From: a virus
Taxonomy: Duplodnaviria; Caudoviricetes
Reading direction: 5' to 3' (one strand)
Virus record (IMG/VR): IMGVR_UViG_3300028008_000067
Span: 1-31,006 of that record
Length of the DNA: 31,006 nucleotides
Part shown: in pieces, positions 1 through 9,536 of the stretch
Position numbering within the stretch: position 1 is the first letter of the stretch
Layout: each line of letters begins with the position of its first letter
Notes under the pieces: model-generated
Told to the model about the DNA's origin: nothing
Seen by the model: the letters and a program-made list of their open reading frames with translations, nothing else
Databases searched by the model: none
Program-made: the position numbers and the translations under genes

Positions 1-2
1 CA

Positions 3-98
3 CTAATAACAAAATATAAGAAAGCTAACGAATATTTTGATAACTATAAGTATCAATCAATGTTAACAGGGATATCAAATGGATCTACTATTAAATAA
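3..98 (+). CDS. 3' end of a gene truncated by the window start (…LITKYKKANEYFDNYKYQSMLTGISNGSTIK*)
   Basis: Open frame from base 3 to TAA 96-98, overlapping the next start at 79 as is typical of this operon; not in ORF track. Confidence 0.55.
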   Translation, partial: LITKYKKANEYFDNYKYQSMLTGISNGSTIK

Positions 99-849
99 CC
101 ACCAAACAAGAGGACTTCATTCACTGAGGTTTTTATCAGCATTAGAAGACTACCCAGAAATGATGCAAAGTATTTCAAGTGTTCTTGATATTGAATCAGG
201 AATAGGATTAGATTCTGAATGGTGGGCAACAAGAATGGACGATGATGAAAAGGATCCAAAACCTTTAGAAATTGACGTAACAGCTTGTAGCCGAACTGAC
301 GAAATGAAACAAGAAGTTAAAGACATGGAAAGAGTAAACTATGTTAAAACAGGTAAGCCTTTTTGGGAGTCATTTAAAAGCAGTGAAAAGTTTGATGTAT
401 TATGGTGTCATAGTGTTTTACACAAATACAGTAATTTTTATGAAGTGCTAGTAAAAATGAACGAGCTACAGTCGAATGAAGGTATGCTATGTATTACTGT
501 TCCTAGAATTAGTAATATGTTTTATGGAGAACCTGATTATAGAGTTTATCCTGATTGCCATACTGATATTAATATTGTAAATCTTATTCATGGATTAGCA
601 TTAGCTGGATATGATTGTAAAGATGCTTATTTCATGCAAGAAAAAAATAGCAATCTAGTAAATGCTATTGTATATAAAACATCTGATGATACATATGGTA
701 TTAATGATGTTACACCTTATGATCTAATGGAAATGGATCGCTTACCTCGTTCAATGGTACAGCAACTTAATAAGTTTGGATTTATTTCTAATAAAAATTT
801 ACTTCTTAGTTGGATAGACGGTACTCTTGTAGACTACTCCACAGTCTAG
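79..849 (+). CDS. Class I SAM-dependent methyltransferase-like protein
   Basis: Motif-I-like VLDIESGIG, FDVLWCHSVLH and GMLCITVP strands typical of Methyltransf_11/23 folds. Confidence 0.7.
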   Translation: MDLLLNNHQTRGLHSLRFLSALEDYPEMMQSISSVLDIESGIGLDSEWWATRMDDDEKDPKPLEIDVTACSRTDEMKQEVKDMERVNYVKTGKPFWESFKSSEKFDVLWCHSVLHKYSNFYEVLVKMNELQSNEGMLCITVPRISNMFYGEPDYRVYPDCHTDINIVNLIHGLALAGYDCKDAYFMQEKNSNLVNAIVYKTSDDTYGINDVTPYDLMEMDRLPRSMVQQLNKFGFISNKNLLLSWIDGTLVDYSTV

Positions 850-1699
850 ACCAAGGTATACATTCACTAATTTCTTCAACAGTCCATTCAGTATGTGCTA
901 ACTCTACTAGCCATTGTTCTCTATTTGGTCTTAAATTATCTAAATCTTTAGGATGAACACTAACAGGGTAAGTTAGACTTTCAGGTCCAGTCCAAGCCGC
1001 CACTCCATTTATAGTAGCCTCCATAGCAGGGTTACTACTTTCACTAACAACTAGTTTAGCTGTTTCTAATGCTTTGTTAAAATCAAAGTTATCGTATGTG
1101 CCTTCAACATGATTAGCTGACATATACTTAACACCATATTTCTTTTTTAAGTTAATTTCTTCGTTATAGTGAATACTTCTTTGATGCCTAGGATGGTCTC
1201 TTATTAGTATTGGAATATCTGTATGGTTTCTAATTTCTAATATTCTATTTTCGTAGTATTGATCTATATGTGGCAAGTTACGCCATTGGTCGCTTTTTTG
1301 ATGTTGCCCACAAATAATAATATTATCTCCAAGTAAGTTCCAAGCCTTTAATTTTATTCCTAGCTTACTTGGTCGATCGACGTCTAAATTTGTTTTATTA
1401 CAAAAGTTAGCTTTAGCATTAATACCATTGATGCCAACTTTCCATGTAACGTTTCTGTTTAATCCACCTACTTCTAAAACTACAACAGGTTTACCTTGTT
1501 TATGAAATTCATTCCAAACAGCTCTATTAGGAGCCATTCTACCATTCCATAGTAATGACCAAATTACAGCAACGTCGGCATCCATGTCGTTTTCAACTAC
1601 TGAGTCGTTACACTTCCATTCGTTGACAGCTTTCATCATAGCTTCGAAAACTGGCTTACCTGCCTTGCTAGAATTTTGAGTAAAGAATGAAACTTTCAT
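806..1699 (-). CDS. KpsC/KpsS (Capsule_synth)-like GT-B glycosyltransferase
   Basis: GQ..SD motif (CGQHQKSD), IRDHPR, VVSESSNPAMEATINGV resembling the Capsule_synth 'HP' and 'NSsvg.EAll.G' motifs. Confidence 0.6.
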   Translation of the reverse strand: MKVSFFTQNSSKAGKPVFEAMMKAVNEWKCNDSVVENDMDADVAVIWSLLWNGRMAPNRAVWNEFHKQGKPVVVLEVGGLNRNVTWKVGINGINAKANFCNKTNLDVDRPSKLGIKLKAWNLLGDNIIICGQHQKSDQWRNLPHIDQYYENRILEIRNHTDIPILIRDHPRHQRSIHYNEEINLKKKYGVKYMSANHVEGTYDNFDFNKALETAKLVVSESSNPAMEATINGVAAWTGPESLTYPVSVHPKDLDNLRPNREQWLVELAHTEWTVEEISECIPWSRLWSSLQEYRLSN

Positions 1700-1704
1700 A
1701 AAAG

Positions 1705-1719
1705 TATTTACACTAAATA
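1705..1719. promoter_or_regulatory. Back-to-back T4-late-like TAAATA boxes (TATTTA-CAC-TAAATA) serving divergent genes
   Basis: TATTTA 1705-1710 (minus-strand TAAATA) and TAAATA 1714-1719 in a 49-bp divergent gap. Confidence 0.6.
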
Positions 1720-1748
1720 TGAGTAGTTAATTCGAGAAATGGAAATCA

Positions 1749-2624
1749 ATGTTATACGGTTATAGTACAAGTAAAAGACATACTCAAGGAGTGGTAGACT
1801 CTTTTACTAAAGGCTCAAACGGTGTATCAATTGATATAAGCGATTTAAAAAATGGACTTCCGGGCGATGCTAGTACAGTTACTAGTTTTGGTTTTCTAAG
1901 AGGTACAGCCGAAGTATTTAAACAAGCAGAAAGTAAAGGAATCAATTACTTACATATTGACCATGCTTACTTTCAAGGCGGCCATAAAACAGAACCAGAT
2001 CCTTGGTATCGTATAATCAAAAACGGAATGAACATAAAAGAAATAAACAAAAGATGGCCTTCTGACAGATTTAATTTTTACTTTAGTCAACAACTTAATA
2101 TACAACCATGGAAGGAAAAAGATGACGGGTATATATTAATTCTTCCTCCGACTCAGCCGACAGCTTGGTATACAAATTCTACAAATTGGTTAGTTGAAAC
2201 AGTAAAACTTATTAAGTCTAAGACTGATAGAGAAATTAAGATTAGACATAAACCACCTGTAATGGTTTGTGACGATAGAGGCTATCCTTTACATTCAGAT
2301 ATAGTAAAACAACATATTCAAGATATGGAACATCTTGTAAGTGGTAATACTTTACAACAAGATTTAAACGGTGCTAATTGTGTAGTAGCTTATAATAGTG
2401 GAGTAGTAGTAGATGCTATTGTTCAAGGTATTCCTGTAATTAGTCACAGTAATGCGGCTTCGTATCCTTTGAGTTTTAGCATTAATGATATAGATACAAG
2501 TGTAATGAAGCAAGAACCTGATAGACAAAATTGGCTTAATGCTTTGGCTTATCATCAGTTTAGATTATCTGAAATGAGAGATGGAACAGCTTGGAATTTA
2601 CTGAAAGAACATCATGGAATATAA
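1749..2624 (+). CDS. KpsC/KpsS (Capsule_synth)-like GT-B glycosyltransferase, paralog of 806-1699
   Basis: IKIRHKP, VVAYNSGVVVDAIVQGIPV, and C-terminal PDRQNWLNALAYHQF matching PNREQWLVELAHTEW of the neighbour. Confidence 0.6.
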   Translation: MLYGYSTSKRHTQGVVDSFTKGSNGVSIDISDLKNGLPGDASTVTSFGFLRGTAEVFKQAESKGINYLHIDHAYFQGGHKTEPDPWYRIIKNGMNIKEINKRWPSDRFNFYFSQQLNIQPWKEKDDGYILILPPTQPTAWYTNSTNWLVETVKLIKSKTDREIKIRHKPPVMVCDDRGYPLHSDIVKQHIQDMEHLVSGNTLQQDLNGANCVVAYNSGVVVDAIVQGIPVISHSNAASYPLSFSINDIDTSVMKQEPDRQNWLNALAYHQFRLSEMRDGTAWNLLKEHHGI

Positions 2625-2820
2625 CGTAGTATACGCTAGTTTTTACCGTCTTATTAAGCATATAATAGGCGTACACGCTGACTTAAGGTAAAGTACTATC
2701 AAAGTGCTATATAGAATATTTCCTGACGTTTTAAGAAGGTTTTAATTGGCACCACTTGTTTGATTGGCTGAAAAATTTTTCGATACATACATTAGTAGAC
2801 TATTATACCGGATAAAAATT

Positions 2821-3438
2821 ATGAAAATACATTGTGTAACAACTTTTAGTAATGATGGATACAAGCAATACGCCCACCGAATGTTAGATTCGTGGATTGA
2901 ACACTGGCCTAGCGATATTACCCTCCATGTATACCATGATATTCCTGCTCCTCAATGGCACAGGCAATTTCCTAGATATGTTAAAATGTGGGCTTTCGAT
3001 AACAAGGAACTAGAAAGCTTCAAAGTAAGAAATAAAAATAATCCAAGTGACAGTATTAAGTTTAGTCATAAAGTTTTTGCTTTTGGAGATTGTTGTGATA
3101 AGCATATTAATTTAAAAGAGCAAATTGTAATTTTTCTAGATGCCAATACTATTACACATAGTCCTATGACAGCACCTGAGTTAGCAAGTCTAGTAGAAGG
3201 CTATCTTGGTGCTTGTTCACTAGATCCTACAGAAACTGGATTTCATATGATTAACTTAGATCATGGAGATGCTAGAGAGTTTTTAAAATACTTTTTAGAT
3301 GAATACCGAAGAGATAAAATATGGGATTTACCTGCTCACACAGATAAAGATGCTTATGATAAATCAAGAGAAAGAATAGGCGCTCATTTGTTTAATAATT
3401 TAAAAGATAACGAAGTGTTAAAGGGGATTAGCAAGTGA
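2821..3438 (+). CDS. GT-A-like glycosyltransferase, degenerate paralog of the next gene
   Basis: MKIHCVTTF aligns with MNIKTVTTF of the next gene, so ATG 2821 is preferred over TTG 2764; shared KFSHKVF/RFCYKVY, FLDANT/CIDADS, ETGF/ECGY. Confidence 0.6.
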   Translation: MKIHCVTTFSNDGYKQYAHRMLDSWIEHWPSDITLHVYHDIPAPQWHRQFPRYVKMWAFDNKELESFKVRNKNNPSDSIKFSHKVFAFGDCCDKHINLKEQIVIFLDANTITHSPMTAPELASLVEGYLGACSLDPTETGFHMINLDHGDAREFLKYFLDEYRRDKIWDLPAHTDKDAYDKSRERIGAHLFNNLKDNEVLKGISK

Positions 3439-4172
3439 ACATAAAAACAGTAACAACTTTTAATAAACGTTTATATGATGAGTATGCTCATAGATTTATG
3501 TCAACTTATAATTGGCCTTTTGAACTAATTGTTTATAGTGAAGACGAAATACCTAATGTAGAAACATTTAATACATTTGATCTTATTCCAAAATGTAAAG
3601 AATTTGTTGACAGGAACATCAATAGAGAAGTACCTAGTTTAAATTTAGATACTTTTAAATATGATGCTGTAAGATTTTGTTATAAAGTTTATGTATATAC
3701 ACACGAAATATTAAAACAAATAGAAGCAGGCACAGACGGCTTAATATGTATAGATGCTGATAGTGTATTTTATAATCCTATAGATGTAGATTGGATGAAA
3801 CAAAATATACATCGTGATGGATATATGATGACATACTTAGGTAGACCACGACCAGATTATAGTGAGTGTGGTTATCTATATTTTAATTTAAAACACCCGC
3901 ACACCAAATACTTTGCTGAAGCGGTTCAAGAAATGTATAATTCTGATATGCTATACAATGAAAAGGAATGGCACGACAGTTGGATATGGGACGAAGTAAG
4001 GTTTAGGTTTGAAGAAAGAGGTACACAAAATTATAATATAAGTGATAACAAAAAAGGTCACGTTCAATGTAGAAGTGTATTAGGTCAAGTTTACGACCAT
4101 ACAAAAGGCCCAAGGAAAATAACAGGGCGTAGTTTAGAATTTACAGGTAAAGAAAGAAATAACAATGAATAA
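3435..4172 (+). CDS. GT-A-like glycosyltransferase (phage family)
   Basis: DxD motif (IDAD), YLGR..YSECG, WHDS and C-terminal DHTKGPRK. Confidence 0.65.
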   Translation: MNIKTVTTFNKRLYDEYAHRFMSTYNWPFELIVYSEDEIPNVETFNTFDLIPKCKEFVDRNINREVPSLNLDTFKYDAVRFCYKVYVYTHEILKQIEAGTDGLICIDADSVFYNPIDVDWMKQNIHRDGYMMTYLGRPRPDYSECGYLYFNLKHPHTKYFAEAVQEMYNSDMLYNEKEWHDSWIWDEVRFRFEERGTQNYNISDNKKGHVQCRSVLGQVYDHTKGPRKITGRSLEFTGKERNNNE

Positions 4173-4851
4173 CATATATGTAGGATGGGATAGTAGAGAA
4201 GACATAGCTTACCAAGTTTGTGAGCATAGCATTCTTAATAGATCTAAAACTACTGAAGTCATTCCGCTAAAACAAAAACATTTGAGAGATAGTGGAATAT
4301 ACACACGAGATATTGACAAACTAGGAAGTACAGAATTTACTTTTACAAGATTTTTAGTTCCGTTTTTAAATAATTACGAAGGCTGGGCTATATTCTGTGA
4401 CTGTGATATGGTATTTTTAAGTGATGCTAAAAACATATTTGACCAAGCTGATGACAAGTATGCTGTGATGTGTGTACAACATGATTATACCCCACCTGAA
4501 GGACATAAAATGGATGGGCAATTACAGTTACAATATCCTAGGAAAAACTGGAGTTCTATGGTATTGTTTAATTGTGGCCATCCTAGTAATAAAAAATTGA
4601 CAAAAGAGCTTATAAATGATCCTAGCATAACTGGAAAATACCTCCATAGGTTTAGTTGGCTAGAAGATTCAGAAATAGGTGAACTAAGTCACGAGTACAA
4701 CTGGTTAGTTGGGTGGTATAAAGAACCTAAAGATGGTTCACCTAAAGTGTTACATTATACAGAAGGTGGTCCTTGGTTTGATAATATGAGAGATTGTGAA
4801 TATAGTGATATATGGAAGAAAGAAGTTATCAACTTATATTCTAGTCAATAG
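4165..4851 (+). CDS. Glycosyltransferase, GT8/CDI-like
   Basis: YVGWDSRE, STEFTFTRFLVP, DCD (DxD), YPRKNWSS, LHYTEGGPW. Confidence 0.8.
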   Translation: MNNIYVGWDSREDIAYQVCEHSILNRSKTTEVIPLKQKHLRDSGIYTRDIDKLGSTEFTFTRFLVPFLNNYEGWAIFCDCDMVFLSDAKNIFDQADDKYAVMCVQHDYTPPEGHKMDGQLQLQYPRKNWSSMVLFNCGHPSNKKLTKELINDPSITGKYLHRFSWLEDSEIGELSHEYNWLVGWYKEPKDGSPKVLHYTEGGPWFDNMRDCEYSDIWKKEVINLYSSQ

Positions 4852-4859
4852 GATTAATA

Positions 4860-5657
4860 ATGTCTGATTCGAAAATAGTAATGTGTACAGGTGGCTTTGA
4901 TCCACTACATACTGGGCATATTGCTTATTTAAAGGCCGCTAAAGAATTAGGAGACATACTTATTGTAGGTATAAACTCTGATGAATGGTTGGAACGTAAA
5001 AAAGGCAAAGCATTTATGCCATGGAACGAACGTCTTGCTATTTTAAATAGTTTAGAAGTAGTCGATGAAGTATTTACGTTTATGGATGATGACAACACAG
5101 CTATAAATTTTATAAAACAAGTTAAAGCACATTATCCTATTACAGCATATAAGTTAATTTTTGCTAACGGTGGAGATAGAACAGCAGATAATATTCCAGA
5201 AATGATATTTGATGATGTAGAATTTGTGTTTGGTGTTGGTGGAGAAGATAAAAAGAATTCAAGTAGCTGGATATTAGAAGAATGGAAAGCACCAAAGGTA
5301 GAACGTAGTTGGGGTCATTACAGAAATTTATACAAAGGTAAAAATTTTATGGTAAAAGAATTAGTTATTAATCCACATAGTGCTTTATCAATGCAAAGAC
5401 ACGAGCATAGAAGTGAAACTTGGAACCTAGTTAGTGGCAATGCTGAAGTTTTAGTTAAGCAAGGTATAACAGATCCGTATGATGGACCATCAGTATGGGC
5501 ATTACACCCTAACAATCCTGTAGATATAATAAAAGGAGTCTGGCACAAAGGCAGAAATACTACAGATGAACCAGCACATATTATTGAAATATGGAAAGGC
5601 GAAACTGATAAATTAACAGAAGAAGACATAGAACGTTGGGATAAGGAAGAAGAATGA
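4860..5657 (+). CDS. HxGH cytidylyl/adenylyltransferase (TagD/RfaE-II-like) fused to a mannose-6-P isomerase-type cupin
   Basis: GGFDPLHTGH, NSDEWL..KKG, FANGGDR, KNSSS; C-terminal RSWG..VKEL..LSMQRHEHRSETW cupin. Confidence 0.85.
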   Translation: MSDSKIVMCTGGFDPLHTGHIAYLKAAKELGDILIVGINSDEWLERKKGKAFMPWNERLAILNSLEVVDEVFTFMDDDNTAINFIKQVKAHYPITAYKLIFANGGDRTADNIPEMIFDDVEFVFGVGGEDKKNSSSWILEEWKAPKVERSWGHYRNLYKGKNFMVKELVINPHSALSMQRHEHRSETWNLVSGNAEVLVKQGITDPYDGPSVWALHPNNPVDIIKGVWHKGRNTTDEPAHIIEIWKGETDKLTEEDIERWDKEEE

Positions 5658-6289
5658 TATTATACTGTGCGGCAGACTCAAAATATTTTGATCTTTACTT
5701 TCATTTGTGGGCCCACCAGGCTAACAAGTTTTATCCTGACATGAAAAAGTATGTTGCTATATATAGACCTACAATTGAACAGCAACATAGGTGTCAAGCA
5801 TTTGGTGTAGAATGGAAAGACGTTACAAAATCAATGCCAGCAGATCCTATTAGAAAACATTTTTATCTTTTACGTTGGTTAAACTTGCCTTATGAAAGAG
5901 GAGAACCAATATTAGAAACACAGATAAATTGTTTAGCAGTTAAAACACAACACTTTAGTGAACATACTGTAGAGCAGTTAAGGATTGGTCGAATGAAACG
6001 TGGTTTTATAGGTGGTGTATCGGCGGCAGTTTTCACACCAGAGGGTGCTAAACGTGTTGTTGAACAAGCAAAAGTAATGATTGCTGATCCTCCCGAAAGC
6101 GACCACGAGATGAATATGTGGCAAGAGGAAAATTTAACTTACCAAAACGTATTAGCAGAAGAACAATTTAAAAAAATTAACACTTATAAAAAACTAAAAG
6201 AACAAACTTGCTGGATTACTGCCGGGACATCTCAGAATCACACTCCAGAACAAAAGTTGAAAGTATTGAGGTATTACATTGATGAGTAA
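5654..6289 (+). CDS. Hypothetical protein, possibly a divergent GT-A-like transferase
   Basis: ORF coupled to both neighbours; start ILYCAADSKYF resembles GT-A beta1; no clear DxD. Confidence 0.5.
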   Translation: MILYCAADSKYFDLYFHLWAHQANKFYPDMKKYVAIYRPTIEQQHRCQAFGVEWKDVTKSMPADPIRKHFYLLRWLNLPYERGEPILETQINCLAVKTQHFSEHTVEQLRIGRMKRGFIGGVSAAVFTPEGAKRVVEQAKVMIADPPESDHEMNMWQEENLTYQNVLAEEQFKKINTYKKLKEQTCWITAGTSQNHTPEQKLKVLRYYIDE

Positions 6290-7010
6290 ATTAACAGTTA
6301 TTATGCCGGCCGCCGGCAAAGGCACACGTTTGAACCTGCCTTATCCAAAAGAAATATTAAGACTTGACAAAGAACAAGCATTAATAGATCACAGTTTTGA
6401 CTTTTTTAGAGATTATGGTCGTAAAGATGTTGAATTTGTTATTGTTGTTAATGAAGAAAAAACAGAAATAGTAGAATATCTAGCAAGATATAAAGATAGG
6501 TATAATATAAGTTTCACTTATCAAAATCCAAACGAATTTGAATACACAGGTGCTATAAAAAGTGCTAGACATTTGTTTGGTGAGCATAATGTTATACTGT
6601 TACCTGATACTATTATGAAATTACCACCTAATGTAGATTTAGTAGAAGCATTAGAAAACAGTTTAACTGAAACTGGCTTTACATTTTTTTACAAAGAAGA
6701 AACAAATCCTGATATGTTAAAAACTAAAGGTGCTTTGAGTATTGATCTCGAAGGCAAAGTAGTATTGTATGAAGATAAGCCAGAACAAGACTTTGAGAGG
6801 TTTAATGCTTTTTGGTGTAGCTTTGCTTTTAGACGTAGAGCATTTGATGATTGTATTTCCTTTATGGAAAAGAGTACATTAAATCAAAGAGTAAACATTG
6901 ATGAAATTAAAAGCACACCTATATTTCAAAGTAAAGGAATTAAAGTTGACGATTATACTGATTTAGGTACTTGGGAAGAAATAAGGCGATTATTAGCCAA
7001 TCATGAGTAA
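6282..7010 (+). CDS. Sugar-1-phosphate nucleotidyltransferase (RmlA/NTP_transferase family)
   Basis: PAAGKGTRL..PYPKE signature, LLPDT, EDKP, DLGTW. Confidence 0.85.
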   Translation: MSKLTVIMPAAGKGTRLNLPYPKEILRLDKEQALIDHSFDFFRDYGRKDVEFVIVVNEEKTEIVEYLARYKDRYNISFTYQNPNEFEYTGAIKSARHLFGEHNVILLPDTIMKLPPNVDLVEALENSLTETGFTFFYKEETNPDMLKTKGALSIDLEGKVVLYEDKPEQDFERFNAFWCSFAFRRRAFDDCISFMEKSTLNQRVNIDEIKSTPIFQSKGIKVDDYTDLGTWEEIRRLLANHE

Positions 7011-7584
7011 GAAAATTGTAACAGATTGTGATGGTGTATTGTTAGACTGGTGTTATGCTTATGACATTTGGATGAGCGAACAAGGATATCAAAGACAACC
7101 AGACACAGATCACAGTTTTAATCAAACAGTACGTTATGGTATTAGTGAAGAAGATATGATTGATACTGTAAAAAGTTTTAATGAATCAGCATCAGTAGGT
7201 TATTTGCCTGCCTTTAAAGATAGTGTAGAATATGTTACACGACTTGCTGAAGAAGGTTGGCGGTTTGATGTTGTTAGCAGTTTACATATTGACAAGTATG
7301 CTCAAACTTTAAGAAAAAAGAATTTAACACACTTGTTTGGAGATGTGTTTGACAAGATTGATGCCAGTTTAAGTTTTACAGGAGGCAAAGGAGACTACCT
7401 TGCTGAACATTATGGTGATACAGGATACTGGTGGATTGAAGATAGCGTAAGTCATGCTGTTAGTGGACAAGACGCTGGCCTTAAGAGCGTGGTAATGGAT
7501 TGGCCTTATAACCAACGTTGGGAAGGTCTAAGAGTAAAAAATTGGAAAGAGTTATACGGAGTAATAAATGACACCACACATTGA
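7003..7584 (+). CDS. HAD-superfamily phosphatase / 5'-nucleotidase-like (T4 gp30.2-like)
   Basis: Motif I DCDGVLLDW, motif II VSS, WIEDS motif IV, C-terminal RVKNWKE. Confidence 0.75.
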   Translation: MSKKIVTDCDGVLLDWCYAYDIWMSEQGYQRQPDTDHSFNQTVRYGISEEDMIDTVKSFNESASVGYLPAFKDSVEYVTRLAEEGWRFDVVSSLHIDKYAQTLRKKNLTHLFGDVFDKIDASLSFTGGKGDYLAEHYGDTGYWWIEDSVSHAVSGQDAGLKSVVMDWPYNQRWEGLRVKNWKELYGVINDTTH

Positions 7585-8278
7585 AGCACAAAAAGGAGAT
7601 TATGCTCCTACAGTTTTAATGCCAGGCGATCCTCTTAGGGCTAAATGGATTGCTGAAACATTTTTAACAGATTATAAGCAAGTAAACGGTGTAAGAAACT
7701 GTTTAGGATACACTGGATATTATAACGATTCAAGAGTTAGTGTCCAAGCTAGTGGCATGGGACAACCTAGTTTAGGAATATATGCCCATGAACTTTATAA
7801 CTTTTATGATGTAAAAAATATTATAAGAGTTGGTAGTTGTGGAGGATTAGCAAAAAACGTTAAGTTAGGAGACATTGTTGTTGCTATGACAGCCTCCACT
7901 GATAGTGATATGTCTAGTAAAATATTATCTAGTTTATATACTGATGTAAAATTTTGCCCTTGTGCCGATTATGAATTATTAAAAGATTTTGTTAGCAACA
8001 TACCCAAGACGGCAAAGTATCATGTAGGTAGTATTGTTAGCACAGATTATTTTTACCAACCAGAAGAAGATTGGTGGAAACCTTTAGCAGATGTAGGTAT
8101 ACTTGCTGTTGAAATGGAAGCTCACTTACTATACACTTTAGCTATGAGATTTGGCAAAAAAGCATTAGCAGTTAGTACGGTAAGCGACCATCTAGATGGC
8201 GGTGACTCTATGTCTGCTAAAGAAAGGCAAAGTAGTTTTAACGATATGGTTAAAACAGTTTTAGAAACAGTATGTTAG
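7568..8278 (+). CDS. deoD: Purine nucleoside phosphorylase, DeoD type
   Basis: MTPHI, MPGDPLRAKWIAE, VRN, SGMG.PS.GIY..EL, IIRVGSCGG, VEMEA, TVSDH: phosphate- and ribose-binding residues intact. Confidence 0.95.
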   Translation: MTPHIEAQKGDYAPTVLMPGDPLRAKWIAETFLTDYKQVNGVRNCLGYTGYYNDSRVSVQASGMGQPSLGIYAHELYNFYDVKNIIRVGSCGGLAKNVKLGDIVVAMTASTDSDMSSKILSSLYTDVKFCPCADYELLKDFVSNIPKTAKYHVGSIVSTDYFYQPEEDWWKPLADVGILAVEMEAHLLYTLAMRFGKKALAVSTVSDHLDGGDSMSAKERQSSFNDMVKTVLETVC

Positions 8279-8853
8279 CCTTTGGTTGTAGCATAGTAGC
8301 TGGAGAAGAGCTAGAAGGTAAACAAACAATACCTAAACTGTTTGCTGAACATATTGGCGAACCATTAATCAATCACGGACTTATGGGTGCTGGTAATGAT
8401 GAAATTTTACTTGAAGCATTTGATAAAGTAGAACCAGGACATACTGTACTAGTAGGTATCACTGATGTAGCAAGAGTCTTTTGGCCACACGTAGCAGTCG
8501 AAGATAAGATGCAGACGTTTAGTATAAATGAAAAAAGTAAACTTCATAAGTTAAAAGAAAGTCTTGACCTTTGGTTTAAATGGTGCTATAATGAAGGTAC
8601 ATTAGAACAATATTATATTAAACGTTTTAAGCAGTTTGAAAAATATTGTCAAGTGTTAGGCAACAAAATATATTTCTTTTCAGGCATTACTCCTCCTACT
8701 AGCCAATTTCAAAAACATCATGGCACTAACTGGCATACATCTTCAGCATTGATAGATTACGCCGACCAGTATGGTAGAGAGCCCAAAGGCCATCCAAATG
8801 AAATATGCCATATTAAATATTTTGAAAGTATGAAAGAAGAGTTTAAATTATAA
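8272..8853 (+). CDS. SGNH/GDSL-hydrolase-like protein
   Basis: AFGCS block I variant, NHGLMGAGN block II, GHP...H block V. Confidence 0.5.
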   Translation: MLAFGCSIVAGEELEGKQTIPKLFAEHIGEPLINHGLMGAGNDEILLEAFDKVEPGHTVLVGITDVARVFWPHVAVEDKMQTFSINEKSKLHKLKESLDLWFKWCYNEGTLEQYYIKRFKQFEKYCQVLGNKIYFFSGITPPTSQFQKHHGTNWHTSSALIDYADQYGREPKGHPNEICHIKYFESMKEEFKL

Positions 8854-9536
8854 TGAAAGCAAAATTAGTATCGTACTCAGTACCAACAGAAGAATTTAAA
8901 AATCTTGGATTAGATAATGTACAAGACTTGGTAGCCTATTGTGCCAAAGTAAGCAATCCATCAAATCAAATTAACAAAGAAACAAGTGAACGTTTGATTA
9001 AGTATTTAATACAACATCAACATTGGTCACCACTCGAAATGGTTAGTGCTTGTTTAGAAATAGAAACAACAAGAGATATTGCTCACCAAATAGTAAGACA
9101 TAGAAGTTTTAGTTTCCAAGAGTTTAGTCAACGCTATGCTGATCCTACTACAATGGAAGATTGGTATGAATTAAGAGAAGCACGTTTACAAGATACTAAA
9201 AATAGACAAAACAGTATTGAAACTGAAGATGTACACTTAACTATGGAATGGTTTAAGAAACAATCAGCAGTACAACAGGCATCAGAAGATGCTTATAATT
9301 GGGCGATTACAAACGGTATTGCTAAAGAACAAGCCCGTGTAGTATTACCAGAAGGAATGACTAAAACAAGATTATATATGAATGGTACATTACGAAGCTG
9401 GGTACATTATATTGAATTAAGAGGAGCCAACGGAACACAAAAAGAGCATATGGAAATAGCTCACGCTTGTGCTGATGTTATTAGTAAAATATTTCCTCTT
9501 ATGAATAATTTAGGAGATGAGAATGAAAGCAGGTAA
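8853..9536 (+). CDS. thyX: FAD-dependent thymidylate synthase
   Basis: HWSPLEM, RHRSFSFQEFSQRY ThyX motif, AKEQAR.VLP, TQKEH. Confidence 0.97.
   Translation: MKAKLVSYSVPTEEFKNLGLDNVQDLVAYCAKVSNPSNQINKETSERLIKYLIQHQHWSPLEMVSACLEIETTRDIAHQIVRHRSFSFQEFSQRYADPTTMEDWYELREARLQDTKNRQNSIETEDVHLTMEWFKKQSAVQQASEDAYNWAITNGIAKEQARVVLPEGMTKTRLYMNGTLRSWVHYIELRGANGTQKEHMEIAHACADVISKIFPLMNNLGDENESR

Noticed and set aside
806-849. 44-bp convergent overlap as an antisense regulatory system
   Set aside because: Convergent overlaps recur (11404-11407, 23585-23604, 26010-26013) and fit simple genome compaction.
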